Part shown: positions 59,634 through 64,000 of the stretch, piece after piece
How the letters are laid out: the number at the start of each line of letters is the position of its first letter
Position numbering within the stretch: the stretch's first letter is position 1
Assembly: GCA_016191105.1 (NCBI GenBank)
Contig: JACPPH010000002.1
Location: forward strand, 141,931-205,930
Direction: 5' to 3'
Length of the DNA stretch: 64,000 bases
Source of the DNA: Candidatus Saccharimonadota bacterium
GTDB lineage: Bacteria > Patescibacteriota > Saccharimonadia > CAILAD01 > BJGX01
The notes under the pieces: generated by a model
The model's database searches: none
What the model was told of the DNA's origin: nothing
The model's input: the letters and a program-made list of their open reading frames with translations, nothing else
Translations under genes and position numbers: made by a program

Positions 59634-60481
59634 TACTTCTCCTCCTTTGTAGCAACTTTGGCGGCCTCCATATCTGCATCTTTGGCGGCTTTGGCCCTGT
59701 AGGCCTCGTGGCCAACTCGGGCAGCCTCGGCAATTTTTGTAGTAATTAGTGTAACGGCCTTAATGGCGTCATCGTTAGCTGGAATGGGGTGCTCCACTCG
59801 GTCAGGATCAGCGTTGGTGTCGCAAATAGCAACCACCGGTATGCCTAGCTTGTGAGCCTCGGCAATGGCAATGTCCTCACGCGGCATATCAACTACAAAC
59901 AGTGCCGCTGGCACGGTGTCCATGTCGACCACGCCACCAAAGATCTTTTCAAGATTTTCGAGCTCTTTTAGATTCTTAGAGCGGTCTTTTTTGCTCATGT
60001 CGGCAAAGTCGTTTTCGACTTGTTGAGAGCGCAACTTCTTCATGCGCAACACGCGCTTGCGGATAGTTTCTAGATTGGTTAGCATGCCACCCAGCCAGCG
60101 CTGATTTACATAGGGCATCTCGGCACCCGCGGCCGCTTTAGCCAAGACATCTTTGGCCTGGCGTTTGGTGCCAACAAATAAAACGTTGCCGCCACGTTTA
60201 GTGACGTCTTCGATGAACTTTTCGGCACTCTTTAGAGCCTCGGCAGTTTTGGTGAGATCCAAAATGTGCACCCCGCCTCGAGCAGTGTAAATAAATTCAC
60301 CCATTTTGGGGTTCCAGCGAGCCGTTTGGTGACCAAAATGAGCCCCGGCCTCGAGTAGCTCGCGCAAGATTGGGTCAATCTTTGTCGTTGTTTTTTTGGT
60401 GGCTGGCTTTGCAGCAGCAGTTTTGACTGTAGACGTTTTGGGCGCAGCTTTTTTAGTAGCTGCAGTTGTTTTTTCGCTCAT
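59633..60481 (-). CDS. rpsB: 30S ribosomal protein S2 with a Lys/Ala/Thr-rich N-terminal extension
   Basis: 282 aa. Core LLEAGAHFGHQTARWNPKM begins at about residue 40, and the first ~35 residues are AKT-rich low complexity. Confidence 0.95.
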   Translation of the reverse strand: MSEKTTAATKKAAPKTSTVKTAAAKPATKKTTTKIDPILRELLEAGAHFGHQTARWNPKMGEFIYTARGGVHILDLTKTAEALKSAEKFIEDVTKRGGNVLFVGTKRQAKDVLAKAAAGAEMPYVNQRWLGGMLTNLETIRKRVLRMKKLRSQQVENDFADMSKKDRSKNLKELENLEKIFGGVVDMDTVPAALFVVDMPREDIAIAEAHKLGIPVVAICDTNADPDRVEHPIPANDDAIKAVTLITTKIAEAARVGHEAYRAKAAKDADMEAAKVATKEEK

Positions 60482-60680
60482 ATTTCTCCTTGATAGCCTC
60501 GCTGCAGTATCCCAGTTGGGAGGAGCTTGCTGCAGGTGCGTGATTTAATACATTTAAGTGCAATAATTGTAACAGATAGGCTTAAGATGGTCAAAAGCTT
60601 CATAAAATGACGAAAGCCCCCGGCGAGGGAGTCAGAGACTCTCGTCGAGGGCTGTTGGTGTTCTTCGAGCTCGAGTGGGC

Positions 60681-61163
60681 TCAGGCCGGCACGAGGAGTT
60701 CGAATTCCTGAGTGACCGGGTTAAACCGGCGGAGGTTCTCGAGCTTTGGAACCTCGGGGAGGAGCTCGAGCGTGCCGGGCGGAAGACGAATGTTGTCCGC
60801 CGAGATCAGCACGAAGTCCATGAAGATCATCTTGTAGTCACCCAAGGGGCGCACAAGCTCTTCGAGACGCTTCGAGTGACCATCTCCCTCATCGAACAGG
60901 TTGAGGAAGGCATAGGCCCGAGACTGGCGCTGCGAAAGCAGAGGGGATCCTTCTCGCCGAACGCGACCAAGCTCCTTGGTGAAGGCGCCATAGTCATCGA
61001 TCCCCAGCGGGATAACGAAGCCCATTTGGCCCGAGTTCTCAGGGTTCCTCTCAGGATCAAACCCCAACCCGAACACGAACACCGCGCCGAAGGTCACGGC
61101 AACGAACCTCGCCACTGCGTACCCTTCATGCTCGCCTTGGCGGCGAAATTGCTGTGGCTCCAT
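60681..61163 (-). CDS. Hypothetical 160-aa protein, no recognised family
   Basis: ATG at 61163 preceded by GAAAGGGG. The codon third positions I read are mostly G/C. An imperfect GC hairpin at 60615-60653 lies 27 nt after the stop. The overlapping plus-strand ORF (60675-61298) has shadow-like composition. Confidence 0.6.
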   Translation of the reverse strand: MEPQQFRRQGEHEGYAVARFVAVTFGAVFVFGLGFDPERNPENSGQMGFVIPLGIDDYGAFTKELGRVRREGSPLLSQRQSRAYAFLNLFDEGDGHSKRLEELVRPLGDYKMIFMDFVLISADNIRLPPGTLELLPEVPKLENLRRFNPVTQEFELLVPA

Positions 61164-61206
61164 TGGGGAACCCCTTTCTGTCGAAGATCAGAAACACAGT
61201 ATACCA

Positions 61207-61497
61207 CTAACGGTGTTGCTTGTCAATGGTACTTAATGCCTCCCAGATTACATCAAATTTGGCCTGGAGATCGGCTCGATACCAATCAGGGCGCTTAGAG
61301 GCCCAACAGAACTGGTCGACCGCTACAATCCAGCACATCTGGAGCTGTGTTTGGGACAGTACTTTACACGCAGTCTGTGCAAAAACCTCCCACAGAGGCT
61401 CTAATTCACCCAAAGGGCAGGTTTTACGCAGCACCGACTTCAGTTCTCGCTTTCCAGGAAGCTTAACCTGGTCCATATCAAAACTGCTCACTTTCAC
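61207..61497 (-). CDS. Hypothetical ~90-aa Trp/Cys-containing protein
   Basis: GTG starts at 61497/61491 just after GGCGGAG, with a TATAAT (61530-61525 on the minus strand) upstream. The start and the coding status are both uncertain. Confidence 0.4.
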   Translation of the reverse strand: MKVSSFDMDQVKLPGKRELKSVLRKTCPLGELEPLWEVFAQTACKVLSQTQLQMCWIVAVDQFCWASKRPDWYRADLQAKFDVIWEALSTIDKQHR

Positions 61498-61593
61498 TCC
61501 GCCGGGAATGAGTGTGACAGTAAGATTATACTCCTAAAATGGCAAATGCCCCCAGAACTGGGGGCGTCTGCCTCCATCCTGAGGGCTTGCGTA

Positions 61594-62295
61594 CTAGTCG
61601 AGCCTTGTCATGATGCCCGTCGGATCCAGCCGCTCGAGCGCAGCAGTTACCGCCACAGCCTTTGCCACCATTTCGCCGCCTCGGGCAACGCGGCTTTGGC
61701 CGGTACTGCCAACGGCCTTAGTAACCGAATTGACCAGGCAGAAGCCTGGGTGGCTAGAGCCCAGGTTGGGGTTCTTGTCACGTTCAGCGTCTTCATAGAT
61801 CAACTCCAGGAGCCGGTCGTCAGAGACCACCTCGAAGTTTATCTTGGTCACTATCTCGGTAACTGCAGTCCTGTTGTGGTCGAAGCCCGCCTGATTGTCC
61901 ACGTCGGTCGTGTACTCAAACTCCAACATCAACAGATTGCCCGACTGCAGCATCCAGAAGCTTCGGTATTTCTTGGCCTCACGAAAGTGATGCTCAACAA
62001 GCAAGATCGCCCTCGTCGAAAGCATCTCGCTCTGCAGGAAGCTGTCGTCGTAGACCCGCTGGGCGACGTTTCGGAATTGGTATGAACCAGCGCCCGGACG
62101 TTCCCAAAGGTGCTTCTTGATTGCCTCTGGCTTCATGGTGACATACTCCATGTGTGGCCCGAGGTCGTGCAGCCACAGCAGCACGAAGTCGTGCCACTCC
62201 TCTGGAGTGACTTCGGCGGGCGGGATGTATTCACCGCCGCGCATTACGGCTCGGCGAACCGCGGCCTTCACTTCTGGCCTGTTGGACGAATCCAT
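61594..62295 (-). CDS. Hypothetical 233-aa protein, no recognised family
   Basis: ATG at 62295 preceded by AAGGAG. MDSSNRPEVKAAVRRAV.... An 8-bp GC hairpin GCCCCCAG/CTGGGGGC (61548-61565) lies 28 nt after the stop. The ORF-track extension to 62367 lacks an SD. Confidence 0.6.
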   Translation of the reverse strand: MDSSNRPEVKAAVRRAVMRGGEYIPPAEVTPEEWHDFVLLWLHDLGPHMEYVTMKPEAIKKHLWERPGAGSYQFRNVAQRVYDDSFLQSEMLSTRAILLVEHHFREAKKYRSFWMLQSGNLLMLEFEYTTDVDNQAGFDHNRTAVTEIVTKINFEVVSDDRLLELIYEDAERDKNPNLGSSHPGFCLVNSVTKAVGSTGQSRVARGGEMVAKAVAVTAALERLDPTGIMTRLD

Positions 62296-62413
62296 TGCCA
62301 GGCTCCTTTGCTGTACCTTGGGGCGTACCCCTACCAGTATCGTTGCGTCGTCGCAGGTTTGCGACAATCAAGCTAATTGAACCATTAGCGGAGTTCATAT
62401 GCAAACGTAACAG

Positions 62414-64000
62414 CTATCCAGCTAAATCGTACTTCTTGAGCTCAGCCTTGCGCTTGTCTTTGGCGCCAATGGTTTGCAAGGTTAGCAGTTCGGCGTAAAT
62501 GCCTTTTTGCTTGGCCAACTGATCGGGTGTGCCCATTTGCGACACCTTACCGCCTTTGAGACCCACAATCATATCGACATGCTCAATGGTGCTCAGACGG
62601 TGGGCAATAATCATGGTGGTACGGTCTTTCATAAGCCGCTCCAGCGCCTCCTGCACCTCATGCTCGGCTTTGCTATCAAGACTACTGGTGGCCTCATCGA
62701 GTATCAAAATTGATGGGTCTTTCATAATCGCTCGAGCAATGGCAATGCGTTGCTTTTGGCCGCCACTCAGCTTAACGCCGCGCTCTCCAATTTCGGTATC
62801 AAAGCCCTTGGGCAGCTTCTTGATAAAACCATAAGCATTGGCCGCCTTGGCAGCCTCAATCATATCTTTTTCGGCTGGGTCGTCTTGGCCATAGGCAACG
62901 TTCTCACGCACGGTGCCGCTGAATAGTTGGGGCTCCTGGAAGACCACGCCAATATTTCGGCGCAGGCTCTTTTGAGTGACCTCGTTCACATCTTGGCCAT
63001 CAATTAATATTTGCCCACCAGTAGTCTCGTAAAAGCGCAGCATTAGATTGGCAATAGTGCTCTTGCCCTCGCCGCTTTCGCCCACCAGGGCAATCTTTTG
63101 ACCCGGCTTAATGGTAAAGCTAATGCCGGTTAAAACTCGCTGACCTTTTTCGTAAGCAAAGTCGACCTTGCGATATTCAACTTGCGACTTAGTAATCTTG
63201 AGCTCTTTGGCGCCTGCTTCGTCGGTAATTGCCGCTTTGGTGTTCATAATTTCGAAGTAGTCACGGCTATCGGCTGTAGCTCGCTGCAGAGCATCAACAA
63301 TAAAGCTAGAGCCAAACAACGGAAACTCCGCCTGGTTAACTAAAGTAATTAACAGCACCACCGTGCCCAGGCCATAGCGGCCGGTAAAAGCCTGCCAGAT
63401 TATAACCACGTATATACCCACAAACACCAGATTTAGAATGAGTCGGCGGGCCACATCGTAGCGGTGCCATTTATTGGACTGGTTGCGGGTGAGGCTCTCA
63501 ATGTTGCGTCGCTTTTTGCTAAAGAAGTTTAGCTCGCTAATTTCGGTTACAAACGACTTAATAACTCTAATCTGGCTAATTGACTCCACAAAGCGGCCAT
63601 TGCTAACATCGCGCTCAGTGTTAATTTTGCCTTGCACCTTTTGCCAAGAGGTCGAGCTGAGGTGGGTTATCCAAATGTAGGCTGGAAATATAACCGCTAG
63701 TAGCACCGCCACCGGCCAGCTAAACCAGGCAATAACGGCCAGGGTGATAGCAGTCGTTAAAAAGAACTGTATAAAGTTATTGCTAAGAGTTTGCATTAAT
63801 GTGCTTATGCCGGTAATTGAGCGCTCCAGGCGAGCTGTGATCTTACCAGTAATTTCGTTGTCGTAAAAACCAATTGGTAGTTTGAGCAGGTGATCAAAAT
63901 ACCGCTCCGAGAGTAGGTTGTTGAGCCTAGCAGCCATATTGTCGCCCAAGTAGCCGTTAACGTTGCTAAGTAGAGTAATTACAACATTTACAACCAACAG
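62414..64000 (-). CDS. ABC exporter, fused permease and ATPase (MsbA/multidrug type I exporter-like); N-terminus beyond the right edge
   Basis: TM domain followed by Walker A GESGEGKST, signature LSGGQKQR and Walker B ILILDEATS. The frame is open to the window end. Confidence 0.85.
   Translation of the reverse strand: MLVVNVVITLLSNVNGYLGDNMAARLNNLLSERYFDHLLKLPIGFYDNEITGKITARLERSITGISTLMQTLSNNFIQFFLTTAITLAVIAWFSWPVAVLLAVIFPAYIWITHLSSTSWQKVQGKINTERDVSNGRFVESISQIRVIKSFVTEISELNFFSKKRRNIESLTRNQSNKWHRYDVARRLILNLVFVGIYVVIIWQAFTGRYGLGTVVLLITLVNQAEFPLFGSSFIVDALQRATADSRDYFEIMNTKAAITDEAGAKELKITKSQVEYRKVDFAYEKGQRVLTGISFTIKPGQKIALVGESGEGKSTIANLMLRFYETTGGQILIDGQDVNEVTQKSLRRNIGVVFQEPQLFSGTVRENVAYGQDDPAEKDMIEAAKAANAYGFIKKLPKGFDTEIGERGVKLSGGQKQRIAIARAIMKDPSILILDEATSSLDSKAEHEVQEALERLMKDRTTMIIAHRLSTIEHVDMIVGLKGGKVSQMGTPDQLAKQKGIYAELLTLQTIGAKDKRKAELKKYDLAG

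Larger units (their letters stand above)
60610..62375 (-). other. High-GC island 3: three co-directional ORFan genes between the ABC exporter gene and the rpsB operon
   Basis: 39/60 G+C at 60721-60780. Shadow ORFs on both strands. Includes a less GC-rich central segment (about 61200-61545). Confidence 0.75.

Noticed and set aside
60675-62380. Plus-strand ORFs 60675-61298, 61220-61537, 61546-62085 and 62110-62380 across island 3.
   Set aside because: Each is antisense to an SD-preceded minus-strand ORF and has shadow-like composition. Confidence is lowest for the 61207-61497 region, where I could not fully exclude the opposite strand.

Overview
The window is a gene-dense, mid-GC backbone, roughly 35-50% G+C by hand counts of sample lines. 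It is coded almost entirely on the minus strand, with many 1-4 nt stop/start overlaps that indicate operons. Gene content is reduced-genome housekeeping that looks CPR/Saccharibacteria-like; this placement is inference only, since no search was possible.

Backbone genes recognised:
- nrdAB with NrdR boxes, and gltX
- a cell-envelope cluster (TagA-like GT, GT4, O-antigen-ligase-like protein, an mreB paralog, murA)
- a sortase and an LPQTG surface protein
- xseAB, rpmA, pyrG
- prfB-ftsE-ftsX-M23 peptidase-ctpA
- murD with a MurL-like gene, an FKBP isomerase, secA, hpf, serS, a class I lysyl-tRNA synthetase, greA
- mreB-mreC-mreD-PBP2
- rseP-uppS-frr-tsf-rpsB
- an ABC exporter, tRNA-Glu(CUC) and tRNA-Leu(CAA)

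The standout observation is three sharply bounded high-GC islands (about 60-77% G+C). They sit in intergenic spacers and are co-oriented with their neighbours:
- about 33.7-38.0 kb, 4 genes
- about 54.48-55.46 kb, 1 gene
- about 60.61-62.38 kb, 3 genes

The eight island proteins match no family I recognise. The one exception is a J-domain-like HPD motif followed by a Gly/Ser-rich linker in the 415-aa protein. The islands have their own SD sites and GC-rich hairpins without U-tracts after their genes. Island 1 also carries a duplicated 77-79 nt promoter/operator/leader module. I see no integrase, transposase, CRISPR array or rRNA.

Other points of note: an in-frame TAA splitting an S51 peptidase gene, and three strongly structured intergenic regions that are ncRNA candidates.

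Limits: all calls rest on reading the sequence and ORF translations. No homology search, covariance model or folding program was run, and several start codons are uncertain.
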